From the sequence record NZ_CP109675.1: a stretch of 64,000 nt of DNA; one strand, 5' to 3'. Position 1 is the first letter of the stretch. Each line of letters begins with the position of its first letter. Positions 21,275 through 31,426 of the stretch are shown piece by piece. The DNA comes from a plasmid. Position numbers and translations under genes: made by a program. Under the pieces are notes generated by a model, which had not been told where the DNA came from, ran no database searches, and was given only the letters and a program-made list of their open reading frames with translations.

Positions 21275-21594
21275 AACACATCCAATACCCTCCAATAAAT
21301 AGCCGGTTTAATTGCCGGCTATTTTCATTGATTTCATTAACGCAGATCATCGCTCTGAAAATTCACTTTAAAACAGATGATGATAATAAAAACCACAACC
21401 CATCTTATTAATGACCCTCACTAAAACAAAGGAGATCCGTATCAGATCCTCAACAATCTAATATTTGACCAATCAATATAATTTCACCTGCCGTTATCAC
21501 CAGTAAATACGCTTGCTAACTTTTCGTAAGCTCGGGCTCTGCTGCCCTCTTTTATTCAGTTAGTCTTCATCGTTTTTATTTAGGGAGCTTTTCC

Positions 21595-22803
21595 ATGACA
21601 TCCGCTCGCGCGGGAACGACTGATCCGCTTGAATTTCTTGGAGCCCTCGCCATCCTGGGCATTATGCTTCTGCTTGTTGCATGGCTGTTCTTGCCTGAGT
21701 TTGTGTACTGGTCATGTTTCATTTTGCATACCCTGTGGGGCATGGCTGATTTTGGCCCCTTCCACACCTGGGCCGCACCGCGTTATAACCTGCTGGCCGT
21801 CACCGCCAACAATGCCGAAAACATCACTTACGATCAGTGGATCAACGTGATGAAGCAAACGACGGTGATCCTGATGATATTCCTCATTCCCCTGTCTACC
21901 GCTTCGCTGTGGAGCTGGTTATGCCATCCTGCACGAAACTGGCAAACGCGACGGGTACTCAATATCAGCACGCTGCCCTTCGCTATGGAAACCATTTCTC
22001 CTGCAATTGCCCCCATTCTTAATGAGGGGAATTCCAGTCGCCTGTTGCTTGATAAACGTCGTCAAGAAAGACGTCCGGCACAAAGCCCTGAGGGTTTCGC
22101 TGAAGAGCATGAACTCATCAGTAATATGCAGCTCGATGTTGCCCGCTGCAGGGCTGTTTTTATGGCCCAACTGGGGCGTCCACTTAATGGATGGAAAAGT
22201 CTCGCCCCTCATGAAAAGGCATTATTCGCAATATTCGGCCTTCAGTTTTTCCTGGACGACCGACCGGCCGCACGTCAATTAATGGATGCCCTGAACCGCT
22301 CCTGTCGGATAAAAAGCCGCCGTGATAAGGGGAAATTCTCAGTTCCGGTCTATGCGCTGGCGAGAACCGCTTTTAAGCGCGTCATCCAGAGCGAAGGCGC
22401 GAAACAGTGGTTGCGTGAGCACCGTTACGTCAGAAGTGGTCTGGTCTGGCTGTACGCACATGATTTACGGCTGACACCACCTAACTGGCTATGGCTAAAG
22501 GGGGTAGACCGCCCACTCTTCTATGCCCTGCACCGGGCAAACACCACCAAAGGATTTATTGAAGGTGCAGGTATCGTCGCCGTCGCCCGCACCGAGAGTG
22601 AGGCTATCCGACTTGGCCTCCCCTGCCCGCAAGCCTGCGTCGATGAAGCCATTGAGGGATTGCGCATCGATATGCTGTCCCTGGGGCTAATCTGGAACGA
22701 ACCTCAGCCAGACCGCGACCGCAAGCGTCGCATCCGGACCAACTGGTCACTCACGGAAGACGTCATCACTCGCCCGGGTGACGATGACGATCTCATCTTC
22801 TGA
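21595..22803 (+). CDS. trbA: TrbA-like membrane protein (DotM/IcmP-like)
   Basis: GGGAG RBS. N-terminal TMs. 402 aa. Confidence 0.5.
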   Translation: MTSARAGTTDPLEFLGALAILGIMLLLVAWLFLPEFVYWSCFILHTLWGMADFGPFHTWAAPRYNLLAVTANNAENITYDQWINVMKQTTVILMIFLIPLSTASLWSWLCHPARNWQTRRVLNISTLPFAMETISPAIAPILNEGNSSRLLLDKRRQERRPAQSPEGFAEEHELISNMQLDVARCRAVFMAQLGRPLNGWKSLAPHEKALFAIFGLQFFLDDRPAARQLMDALNRSCRIKSRRDKGKFSVPVYALARTAFKRVIQSEGAKQWLREHRYVRSGLVWLYAHDLRLTPPNWLWLKGVDRPLFYALHRANTTKGFIEGAGIVAVARTESEAIRLGLPCPQACVDEAIEGLRIDMLSLGLIWNEPQPDRDRKRRIRTNWSLTEDVITRPGDDDDLIF

Positions 22804-22855
22804 AATTTCGCTCATTTCTGACGCTAATTATCTTACTGTCTACTGGAGTCTCATT

Positions 22856-24040
22856 ATGTCGCTGGAAAGCACCTACACCACCTTTCGTTGTAACGACACC
22901 ATTGTGGTTTTACATCAACACGGACATGGTGTTCCTCAGGCTCTGTTCACCTTTCGTGAGCCTCAGCGTATGGCCATCCACGATAAAAAGCTCATCGCTT
23001 TTTATCCATATTCAGCAGAAGCCGTGACACTTCTTGATGACCCGATGCACGATGCAGCGGAAGTCTTCAACACCATAGCGCGACACCTCAAAACCCAGAG
23101 TAAGGCAATAATGAAACGCCGTATGAAGTCCCTTGCCCTGTTTGTGAGCGGCGCGCTGATAGCATCTTCGTTATGGCTCCTGGGTACGGACAACCATTTC
23201 TCACTCAATGTGGGAAACCAGACACTGACTATCCCGGCAGAACCAGGCGCAATCGCACCGGCCCGGCCGCGGCAGACTGCCGCTGTTCAGGAGCCAGCCA
23301 ACCCGGCGGCAGGCAATACAGTCATTCAGGCTGCCCAGGCTGAATCCGACAACATGCAGAATATTATGAAGGAAAGTCATAAATCCTTACCGGCTTCGCC
23401 TTCTGAAGCCCTGAAAACAGCACCGGCAGCGGTAACGTCAACCACATCAGTAAAAAAAGAAGCGACGGAACAGTCAGCGCGACAGAAGATGGTGGAAATA
23501 CTGAAGCGCAGTACCGATCGAGGTCTGTTCACCATCCAGCTCTCAACCGGGCATGAGCGTACGCTGTATGCATTCCTCGATCCAACCTGTGCGGTCTGCA
23601 GAAGTATGGAGCCGGCAATCGAACAGCTGGCGCAGCGTTACAACGTTGTTGTATTCCCTGTATCAGTCGTGAATGACGGCGGCGATGCTGTAGAGAAGAT
23701 CATTCCGGTTTTATGCGAGAAGGACCAGACAGCTCGTGCTGTTGCATGGAGTGTTCTTTTCCGACCGGACGCAGGTATGCTGGTTCCGGGACAGACAACA
23801 CCTCCACAGGTGAGCTCAGACTGTTCCGCGTCGGCTCAGGCCGTAGTAGCCGTAAACGATACTGGCTTCCGCACCTTTGGTTTTTCAGGTACGCCGACAG
23901 TGCTGACTGACACGGGCATTCGCCTGGCAACGGGCATGCTGACCGCGCCGGATAAAATTGATCACTTCCTGAAAATTACAGATCCAATGTCACCAGAACA
24001 GGTCGACCGCTTTGTGAGTTCCCTCAGTATCCAGGAGTAA
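22856..24040 (+). CDS. trbB: TrbB-like thiol:disulfide interchange protein (DsbC/thioredoxin fold, CxxC)
   Basis: FLDPTCAVCRSMEP motif. Alternative start ATG 23111 (MKRRMKSLALFVSGALIASSLWLLG) would give a classic signal peptide. Start is uncertain between 22784, 22856 and 23111. Confidence 0.6.
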   Translation: MSLESTYTTFRCNDTIVVLHQHGHGVPQALFTFREPQRMAIHDKKLIAFYPYSAEAVTLLDDPMHDAAEVFNTIARHLKTQSKAIMKRRMKSLALFVSGALIASSLWLLGTDNHFSLNVGNQTLTIPAEPGAIAPARPRQTAAVQEPANPAAGNTVIQAAQAESDNMQNIMKESHKSLPASPSEALKTAPAAVTSTTSVKKEATEQSARQKMVEILKRSTDRGLFTIQLSTGHERTLYAFLDPTCAVCRSMEPAIEQLAQRYNVVVFPVSVVNDGGDAVEKIIPVLCEKDQTARAVAWSVLFRPDAGMLVPGQTTPPQVSSDCSASAQAVVAVNDTGFRTFGFSGTPTVLTDTGIRLATGMLTAPDKIDHFLKITDPMSPEQVDRFVSSLSIQE

Positions 24041-24043
24041 ACC

Positions 24044-26344
24044 ATGAATTATACGCCCGTTAACCAGGCGCTCATGAAGCGCAATGCCTGGAACTCCCCT
24101 GTTCTTGAGCTTTTGCGCGACCACCTGCTGTATGCCGGAATTATGGCAGGAAGTGTGGTGGCGGGGTTTATCTGGCCACTCGCCATACCGCTTTTGCTTT
24201 TGCTGGCCATCGTGGCCAGCATCAGCTTTGGAACACACCGCTGGCGTATGCCCATGCGAATGCCTGTCCACCTGAATAAAGTAGACCCCTCTGAAGACCG
24301 GAAGGTACGACGCAGCCTGTTCAGAAGGTTTCCCTCACTGTTTCAGTATGAAACAACGCAGGAAAGTAAAGGTAAGGGAATATTCTATCTCGGCTACAGG
24401 CGAATGAATGATATCGGTCGCGAACTCTGGCTCACCATTGATGACCTGACCCGTCATGTGATGTTCTTTGCCTCGACCGGTGGAGGGAAAACCGAAACCA
24501 TCTATGCGTGGATGCTCAATTCATTTTGCTGGGGTCGGGGCTTCACCTTTGTTGACGGTAAGGCGCAGAACGACACGGCGCGCACCTGCTACTACCTGGC
24601 CCGCCGCTTTGGGCGTGAGGATGATGTGGAATACATCAACTTCATGAATAGCGGCATGTCCCGCAGTGAGATGATCCACAACGGTGATAAAAGTCGGCCA
24701 CAGTCTCACCAGTGGAACCCCTTCTGCTATAGCACTGAGGCCTTTGTTGCTGAGACGATGCAATCAATGCTGCCGACCAACGTACAGGGGGGAGAATGGC
24801 AGTCCAGAGCAATTGCAATGAACAAGGCGCTGGTTTTTGGCACAAAGTTCTATTGCGTCCGTGAAAACAAAACCATGTCGTTGCAGCTGCTGCGCGAGTT
24901 TATGCCACTGGAGAAACTGGCAGAGCTTTACTGCCGTGCCATAGACGATCAATGGCCAGAGGAAGCTGTCTCTCCGCTCTATAATTATCTGGTAGACGTA
25001 CCGGGTTTCGATATGGCCACCGTTCGCCAGCCTTCAGCCTGGACAGAAGAGCCGCGCAAGCAGCACAGCTACCTGACTGGGCAGTTTCTGGAAACCTTCA
25101 ACACATTTACGGAAACGTTCGGTAATATCTTCGCTGAGGATGCCGGTGACATTGATATTCGCGACAGCATTCACAGCGACCGGATACTCCTGGTCCTTAT
25201 CCCGGCAATGAACACCTCTCAGCACACAACCTCTGCACTGGGGAGAATGTTTGTTACCCAGCAGAGCATGATACTGGCCCGGGACCTGGGACATCGTCTG
25301 GAAGGGCTAGATTCCGAAGCTCTCGAAATCACCAAATACAAAGGCCCCTTCCCCTACATGAACTATCTCGACGAGGTGGGAGCCTATTATACCGAGCGTA
25401 TTGCCGTTCAGGCCACACAGGTACGTTCCCTGGACTTTTCTATCGTCATGATGAGCCAGGACCAGGAGCGCATTGAAAGCCAGACCTCAGCCACAAACGT
25501 TGCCACCCTGATGCAAAACGCCGGCACTAAGGTTGCGGGTAAAATCGTAAGTGATGATAAAACGGCAAAGACAATCACTAATGCCGCAGGACAGGAAGCC
25601 CGGGCGAACATGGTCAGCCTGCAACGGCGTGACGGTATCATTGGTACCTCCTGGATCGATGGCGACCACATCAATATTCAGATGGAGAACAAAATCAATG
25701 TGCAGGATCTGATTAAATTGCAGCCAGGTGAGAACTACACGGTGTTTCAGGGCGATCCGGTTCCGGGAGCATCCTTCTACATCGAGCCGCAGGACAAAAC
25801 GTGCAATGCACCCGTCATTATCAACCGATACATCACGATTAACCCACCGAACCTTAAGCAACTACGTAAACTTGTTCCACGAACAGCGCAGCGACGTCTT
25901 CCTGCTCCGGAGAACGTCAGCAAAATCATTGGTGTTCTGACAGAAAAGCCCTCGCGTCGGCGTAAAGCGGCAAAAGCTGAACCCTGGAAGATAATCGATA
26001 CCTTTCAGCAGCGTCTGGCCAATCGCCAGGAAGCGCATAATCTGATGACTGAATATGATACGGACCACCGTGGACGGGAAGAAAACCTCTGGGAAGAAGC
26101 GCTGGAGGTAATCAGAACAACCACTATGGCAGAACGTACAATACGGTACATCACGCTTAATAAGCCTGAATCGGAACCGACGCAAGTAAGCGCTGAAGAA
26201 ATTCAGCTCGCACCAGATGCGATACTGAGAACGCTGACACTCCCGCAGCCGGCTTATATTCCTCCTTCCAGATATCGAAACGAGCCATTTATCTCCCCGA
26301 AACTGCCTGATTCACCACATCCGGATATGGAGTGGCCAGAGTGA
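24044..26344 (+). CDS. trbC: TrbC type IV coupling protein (VirD4/DotL family)
   Basis: AGGAG RBS. N-terminal TMs. Walker A FFASTGGGKTE. 766 aa versus R64 TrbC 763. Confidence 0.85.
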   Translation: MNYTPVNQALMKRNAWNSPVLELLRDHLLYAGIMAGSVVAGFIWPLAIPLLLLLAIVASISFGTHRWRMPMRMPVHLNKVDPSEDRKVRRSLFRRFPSLFQYETTQESKGKGIFYLGYRRMNDIGRELWLTIDDLTRHVMFFASTGGGKTETIYAWMLNSFCWGRGFTFVDGKAQNDTARTCYYLARRFGREDDVEYINFMNSGMSRSEMIHNGDKSRPQSHQWNPFCYSTEAFVAETMQSMLPTNVQGGEWQSRAIAMNKALVFGTKFYCVRENKTMSLQLLREFMPLEKLAELYCRAIDDQWPEEAVSPLYNYLVDVPGFDMATVRQPSAWTEEPRKQHSYLTGQFLETFNTFTETFGNIFAEDAGDIDIRDSIHSDRILLVLIPAMNTSQHTTSALGRMFVTQQSMILARDLGHRLEGLDSEALEITKYKGPFPYMNYLDEVGAYYTERIAVQATQVRSLDFSIVMMSQDQERIESQTSATNVATLMQNAGTKVAGKIVSDDKTAKTITNAAGQEARANMVSLQRRDGIIGTSWIDGDHINIQMENKINVQDLIKLQPGENYTVFQGDPVPGASFYIEPQDKTCNAPVIINRYITINPPNLKQLRKLVPRTAQRRLPAPENVSKIIGVLTEKPSRRRKAAKAEPWKIIDTFQQRLANRQEAHNLMTEYDTDHRGREENLWEEALEVIRTTTMAERTIRYITLNKPESEPTQVSAEEIQLAPDAILRTLTLPQPAYIPPSRYRNEPFISPKLPDSPHPDMEWPE

Positions 26345-26417
26345 TAGTTCAAAAAAATTGTCTTGTTTCAGGAACAGCTGCCGATAAACAAAATGATATA
26401 GAAATGAAGGAAATGAA

Positions 26418-26687
26418 ATGAAGAAACTACTATTTGCCGCCCTCTTTGGTTTTTCATGCGTTGCCGCTGCAGCGCCCCAGCCCGTTATCGACACCGATGC
26501 CGTGGCGCAGCTGACTGAAATCCGTAACATCCTCCTCACGAACCAGCAGAAGGTGTACGCCTGCTCCGATGGCGAGAAGCTTTATACTGTTGGGTTGCAG
26601 ATAAAACACGATGGTTCTGAATACAAATGTGTTTTAAAGAAAGACCATGCTGAATGGGAATTAGTCCCACGCATCGCATTCAACTAA
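26418..26687 (+). CDS. small secreted protein (signal peptide), unknown function
   Basis: MKKLLFAALFGFSCVAAAAPQ signal peptide. Followed by strong terminator. Confidence 0.4.
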   Translation: MKKLLFAALFGFSCVAAAAPQPVIDTDAVAQLTEIRNILLTNQQKVYACSDGEKLYTVGLQIKHDGSEYKCVLKKDHAEWELVPRIAFN

Positions 26688-26692
26688 ATAAG

Positions 26693-26716
26693 GCCGCGAA
26701 AGCGGCCTTTTTTTTG
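26693..26716 (+). terminator. rho-independent terminator
   Basis: GGCCGCGAAAGCGGCC hairpin followed by T9. Confidence 0.75.
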
Positions 26717-26820
26717 ACCTGATTATGCTACCCTCCGGATTGGGCACAGATTCACACTATCCCGTTCTGCTGGCAGTACGAGAAATTGATAAGTATGATT
26801 GATAAAACAGGGGGCAGAGA

Positions 26821-27024
26821 ATGAACATTCCTAAACAGACACTGGTTTTATCTATTGCAGGTTGCTCACTTCAGTTATTCTTTATTTTCGCTTCTTTCAT
26901 AGGTGCTGATGATAGTTTTGCTGTCTTCTGGACATCATGCGGCTTTGCCTATGTATTGCTTGCGTTCCATGTAGTCACGGGCGTTGTCGCTTGTTATGAC
27001 ATAAAACATCCTCTAAAAGTTTAA
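26821..27024 (+). CDS. small two-TM membrane protein, unknown
   Basis: 67 aa, hydrophobic. Terminator immediately downstream. Confidence 0.3.
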   Translation: MNIPKQTLVLSIAGCSLQLFFIFASFIGADDSFAVFWTSCGFAYVLLAFHVVTGVVACYDIKHPLKV

Positions 27025-27026
27025 AA

Positions 27027-27050
27027 GGCCGCATTTGCGGCCTTTTTTAT
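27027..27050. terminator. bidirectional rho-independent terminator (A-run/GGCCGCATTTGCGGCC/T-run) shared by the small gene and nikB
   Basis: Perfect 6-bp stem with 4-nt loop, flanked by AAAA and TTTTTT. Confidence 0.7.
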
Positions 27051-27090
27051 TTCTTATCTGCGGGCTAAATTCCATCTGGTCCCCGAATGC

Positions 27091-29790
27091 TTATAACGGT
27101 GAAGGTGGTTTCCAGTTTGGTCCTGACTCATTGCGCACAGCTTCTGTATTACTCCCCTGATTCGTCATTTCAGCAAAGCGCATCTCGCTTTCAACACGCA
27201 CCTGGTCGACCTCCGGTCGCGAGATCTGGTATTCACCTTCATCACGGTGGTTCACATTGTGCCATGCCACCATTTTGGCAAAAGCTGTATTGAACTGTTC
27301 ATTATTCCCTTCCGGAGCCATCGCGACGCTCGGAGAACGGCTGAAGAGAACCGGCGCGACTTTGACCATATCCCGCTTAAGCGCATCGTAATCGCCACTG
27401 TTCCGGAAAATAACCCTGTCGCCATAGTCGGTACAAATATGGCGGCCTGTCTCCGGATCGCGGAACTGGACGCGACCGTTCTTCTTCAGTGAAGCCCGCA
27501 GGCCAGGAACACCGGAATACATCGGCGTTCCGCCTGGCTCACAGATAACGACACATCGGTTGTCTGTTGTAGATTTCACCGCATTACCACGACGATCCCT
27601 GTAATCCCATCCTCTCAGCTGCGATATCGCAGCCTTGTCACCTTTCACCGCTTCAGCTTCAACCCACTGCCGGTAAGACGGCGGATACCATTTCCCCTGC
27701 CCGATAAGCTCAGCTCGTTCAGCCTTCATGGTTTCTTTCAGCGCAATCAGTGCCTGCATGCGCTGAAGCTCTGCAATATGATAATGCAGCTTCCTCACCA
27801 GAGGGTCACGATGTTCGATACGGATGCGCGCTTTACGTATCCTGCATTCGTCATGAATCGCCTGGTAACGTTCACGGCCATGCAAATCAGGGCGCTGCCA
27901 GTTAGCCCGCCAGGCTGCATAACGGGCTTTCAGATCTTCTCGCGCAGCTGCGCGCGCTTCGCGACGCTGGCGACGCAATTCAGGATCACGCTTCATACCC
28001 GGAATATCGCGGTCGCTCACGGCCAGTTCCGGATTGTAACGGCTGGCCGGCTTAACACGTTCAAAGATGTCTGCCGGCACCGAAACAAACGAACCAGCAT
28101 GGGGTTCCGCACGCGCAAGCGTCAGATCAGGATGAACGTGGCTGGCCTTTACAGGGGTCTGTTCGTGATTGTAAGCGTCCATCACAACCAGGCCCTGCTG
28201 CTCGCGCATCAGCAACAGCCCCTGACGCGCCAGTAGCTCATGACAGCGTTCCCAGGTAAATTCACCACTACCGATAAGCGACTCAATGTCCTGACGGCAG
28301 TGTGAAACCGCATAGCCCCAGAGGCTTTCCTTATCAGAGAAAATCTCACGTTTCAGCGCCCCCTGCGGGCCCGAACCTGTTCGCAGTTTTCGCCATTCCC
28401 GGTCGGATACTGGGGTGGCTTCCAGACTGCCGCCGGTGAACTGTTCCGCAGGGGGAACCTGCTGGAAAATGTCTTTCGGTACCGGCTGCCAGCCTCCTTT
28501 ATACGAGTCCAGAATAGCCTTCGTTAGCGCAGGCCACACACGTTCCGCCCTGACAGGTGTACGCGTTGAGTCATACCCGTCACAGATAACCAGACGGTCA
28601 TGCTGTTCTTTCAGATACAGTCCAGACTGTGCCAGAAGCGTATGCACTGACTGTATGGTTCGCTGCGTTGGATCCTGATCAAGTGCAATCAGCGGCGCCC
28701 GTAAACGTGCGATCGCATAGTCCGATAAGGATTCTTTCTCTGTCATCCGTTCAGGGCGAGACGGCATAATAATCTTGTCTGGTTCATAGCGGCCGACAGC
28801 CGGAACTTGCGAGAAAATGTCCTGTACAGGAGGAACAAACTCACCCAGTTTACGAATAAGTTTATCGGTATCAAAGGCGTGTCCAAACGCAGAAAGCGTA
28901 ACGCCAGGACGTTCACTGTCCCAGCCATCCTTCACTTTTAGCTCGCCGCTCTCCTTTGTCAGGAACAGGCCTTCTTTCGCAAAACGCTGATGGAGAGAAG
29001 ACCAGTCGGTCACCGGTGACTCCCGTAAACCAGCTATTGCCGTGTCAGCGATATATTCTCTCAGGCTCTGATTACGGCCACGTTTCCAGGCACTTTGACG
29101 ATCGCGTTCAACAGAGGTACGACGAACAATACGATTATCAGGGGCAATCACATAGCAGCCATTGTCAGGTGAAAACCCATGTTTGAGCTCCAGTTCACGA
29201 CAGGCCTTACTCAGTTTTTCCTGGCTGTAAGCAAGACGGTTAAGATAACCAGTCTCCGGATGTACGCGATTTACAGCGATGTGAACGTGGAGGTTATCCG
29301 TGTCAGTGTGAACGGCAGCAACGAACTGATGGCCCGCTAAACCGAGACGGGAAAGTGTATGGCTGACCGAATCGTAAATCTGTTCAGGGCGCGGACTTTC
29401 GTGCGACTGCCAGCTCAGAATATAGTGGAATACAGGGTCGCTTTTGTTATGGGCAAACTTCGTTTTACGTGCGGAGAACTCCATTTCTTCAGCTGCACTT
29501 TCAATTGATGTGCAATTGTGGAAACAGGTCACACCGTAAAAATTCACCCATTCCCCGCCGTCAGGCATCACGTCAACCAGCGAGATAAACGACTCATCAC
29601 GCAGTTTAGTAGCGTAGTCAACCAGACGGGAAAAGCGGCTGCTGTGCGGCATTTCTGGCTTTGTTCCGGAAGCTCTAACGGCTTCCATTAAATCATCATC
29701 GCGCGGCTCATCACGAACAGAAACGTACGAAACCAGGTCCCCAAAGGAGGACTTGCCGTCTTGTCGTTTCGGTGGAATAACCGGGATCAT
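27091..29790 (-). CDS. nikB: NikB-like MOBP relaxase
   Basis: HTDTDNLHVHIAVNRVHPETG (motif III 3H). Exactly 899 aa as R64 NikB. Followed by RHH accessory gene and oriT. Confidence 0.9.
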   Translation of the reverse strand: MIPVIPPKRQDGKSSFGDLVSYVSVRDEPRDDDLMEAVRASGTKPEMPHSSRFSRLVDYATKLRDESFISLVDVMPDGGEWVNFYGVTCFHNCTSIESAAEEMEFSARKTKFAHNKSDPVFHYILSWQSHESPRPEQIYDSVSHTLSRLGLAGHQFVAAVHTDTDNLHVHIAVNRVHPETGYLNRLAYSQEKLSKACRELELKHGFSPDNGCYVIAPDNRIVRRTSVERDRQSAWKRGRNQSLREYIADTAIAGLRESPVTDWSSLHQRFAKEGLFLTKESGELKVKDGWDSERPGVTLSAFGHAFDTDKLIRKLGEFVPPVQDIFSQVPAVGRYEPDKIIMPSRPERMTEKESLSDYAIARLRAPLIALDQDPTQRTIQSVHTLLAQSGLYLKEQHDRLVICDGYDSTRTPVRAERVWPALTKAILDSYKGGWQPVPKDIFQQVPPAEQFTGGSLEATPVSDREWRKLRTGSGPQGALKREIFSDKESLWGYAVSHCRQDIESLIGSGEFTWERCHELLARQGLLLMREQQGLVVMDAYNHEQTPVKASHVHPDLTLARAEPHAGSFVSVPADIFERVKPASRYNPELAVSDRDIPGMKRDPELRRQRREARAAAREDLKARYAAWRANWQRPDLHGRERYQAIHDECRIRKARIRIEHRDPLVRKLHYHIAELQRMQALIALKETMKAERAELIGQGKWYPPSYRQWVEAEAVKGDKAAISQLRGWDYRDRRGNAVKSTTDNRCVVICEPGGTPMYSGVPGLRASLKKNGRVQFRDPETGRHICTDYGDRVIFRNSGDYDALKRDMVKVAPVLFSRSPSVAMAPEGNNEQFNTAFAKMVAWHNVNHRDEGEYQISRPEVDQVRVESEMRFAEMTNQGSNTEAVRNESGPNWKPPSPL

Positions 29791-29811
29791 GATGTTGTTC
29801 TTCTCTCCGTG

Positions 29812-30147
29812 CTAACCGTTGTTCATGAGTTTATTTCTGAGCGTGGTCGACAGTTCTGTTATTGCGACAAGGACCGTGGAGTATTCCTTATCACCCACTC
29901 GTTTCCCTTCAACAAAGAGATGCTTTTGCAGTCTCCCCAGCCTTAAAAGCTCGGTCATAAAGCTGTCGTCGATGAGTGAAATCATCTTTCTGTTCATCGC
30001 TGCGTTACGGATATAAGCCGATACGCTTTGCCCCACTGCTTCCGCTTTCTGTTCAATCTCTTCGATTTCATCCGGCGTGAATCTCAGGGTCTTGATTACG
30101 GTTTTCTGCCGTTTATCACTTCCCCTTCGGGATGCTTTGTCGCTCAT
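29812..30147 (-). CDS. nikA: NikA-like relaxosome accessory protein (MobC/RHH)
   Basis: 111 aa. TLRFTPDEIEEIEQKAEAVGQSVSAYIRNAA RHH-like. Immediately 5' of relaxase. Confidence 0.8.
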   Translation of the reverse strand: MSDKASRRGSDKRQKTVIKTLRFTPDEIEEIEQKAEAVGQSVSAYIRNAAMNRKMISLIDDSFMTELLRLGRLQKHLFVEGKRVGDKEYSTVLVAITELSTTLRNKLMNNG

Positions 30148-30377
30148 GTGTGCTCCTTACTCGGGTGTCGGGGCGGAGCCCTGACCAGGTGGCATTTGTG
30201 ATATCGTGCGTGCGCGGTATTACAAATGCACATCCTGTCCCGTCTTTCGAGTCATTATACGCTTCGCTGGCTGTTTCGCCTAGTGGCGATTTGACGGCAT
30301 AGGCAGTGCGGAGCACTGCCACTTTTGAGTGGTCAATGTTATGATTTGGATGACAATATTCTGAAAGGGGTAAGAAG
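30148..30377. promoter_or_regulatory. oriT: oriT region: inverted repeat 30193-30202/30219-30228 (CATTTGTGAT/ATTACAAATG) adjacent to ATCCTG|T nick motif (30232-30238); divergent promoters for nikAB and leading region
   Basis: MOBP relaxases nick at YATCCTG|Y next to an IR. Location between nikA and the first leading gene. Confidence 0.65.
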
Positions 30378-30686
30378 ATGAGTAAGAAGGCGTTTTATTC
30401 AGATGAAGATATCGAGCTAGCAAAGGTTACTCTGGCTGGTTTACCGGATCTGACACCTCAGCGCAAATCACAAAAGGAATTTCTGGATGCAATCCGTGAT
30501 GACCTGTTAGCACTGGTAAAAACCAAAGGTTACACGGTCTCAGACATTAAAGAGACACTAAAAACCACGGGGTATGAAATCAGTGAGAGAGCACTTCGTG
30601 AAATCGTTCGTGATGCTGATAAAAACAAACCAGCCCGTAAAAATCGCAGGTCGACGGCAGAAAATTCGTCATCACCAACGAAATAA
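30378..30686 (+). CDS. first leading-region ORF, hypothetical 102 aa
   Basis: RBS GGGGTAAGAAG. Lysine-rich C-terminus. Confidence 0.4.
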   Translation: MSKKAFYSDEDIELAKVTLAGLPDLTPQRKSQKEFLDAIRDDLLALVKTKGYTVSDIKETLKTTGYEISERALREIVRDADKNKPARKNRRSTAENSSSPTK

Positions 30687-30720
30687 TTCCTGCATCCTGA
30701 AGATGTGATGTACTGAAATT

Positions 30721-30759
30721 TTTCTTACCAGGATGAAATATTTTTTCAGCCTGGTAAGA
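30721..30759. terminator. stem-loop (TTCTTACCAGG...CCTGGTAAGAA) between convergent genes
   Basis: 11-bp perfect inverted repeat with 17-nt loop, U-rich flanks. Confidence 0.35.
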
Positions 30760-30777
30760 AGGGAGATGATATAGAAA

Positions 30778-31344
30778 TTACCATTCAAAGGTCGGAACGT
30801 CTGCCAGCATTTCTCCCCATGAAGTAAAATGAACCATGCTGATGTCAGCCTTTATCATGGCAGTGTAAATCACTATTCTCGCCGCTTTTGAAATACCATG
30901 ATGTTTCAGAATGAGAAGCGGATAACTGACGGCATCAACACGAATGATGTAACCCAGATCGGATTCATGGATCCATTCGCTTTCATACTCGGCGTGACAT
31001 AGTTCGCTCAGAATCTCGCTATCCCTCCGCGTAATATGGCTCAGACTACATTCCAGAACAGAACGCAAAACTTTGTGATTAAGTTCAGTACGCTGTCCCC
31101 ATCCGAGCGATGCAGTAACATCCTCCCATGTCCATTTAGGGTTATCAGGAACCTGAGCAGTAAGCTGTTTAAATGGCAAGCTAAGTGCCGTCGACAGGTT
31201 CAACCCTGATGCAATAATACGCGGATAAAGTTCACTGGCTGTACATGAGGAAATCAGTTCTCCATTCACAAAGAGAGCTTCATCACCGTTATCAAGACGG
31301 ATACAGGTGACGCCATGAGGCGCACGGGATATGTAGTGTGGCAT
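30778..31344 (-). CDS. hypothetical protein (188 aa; start re-called to ATG with GGAAGGAA RBS)
   Basis: ORF. No motif recognised. Confidence 0.4.
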   Translation of the reverse strand: MPHYISRAPHGVTCIRLDNGDEALFVNGELISSCTASELYPRIIASGLNLSTALSLPFKQLTAQVPDNPKWTWEDVTASLGWGQRTELNHKVLRSVLECSLSHITRRDSEILSELCHAEYESEWIHESDLGYIIRVDAVSYPLLILKHHGISKAARIVIYTAMIKADISMVHFTSWGEMLADVPTFEW

Positions 31345-31426
31345 GTTCCATTCCTTCCAAAAATGTGCCGGATAATACTCCGGCACTGTGTTATTAAATT
31401 ACCGCCCCGTTGCAGGGCGGTGGTTA

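Noticed and set aside
1843-26344. Initial impression of an ICE of the PFGI-1/pKLC102 'GI-type' T4SS because of TraD-like coupling protein, DsbC-like protein and lipoproteins
   Set aside because: Gene order, sizes (TraU 1017 aa, TraY 719 aa, TrbC 766 aa, NikB exactly 899 aa, NikA 111 aa), DotA/DotB/DotO-like proteins and a sog primase between traK and traL fit the IncI/Dot-Icm (MPF-I) plasmid layout much better.
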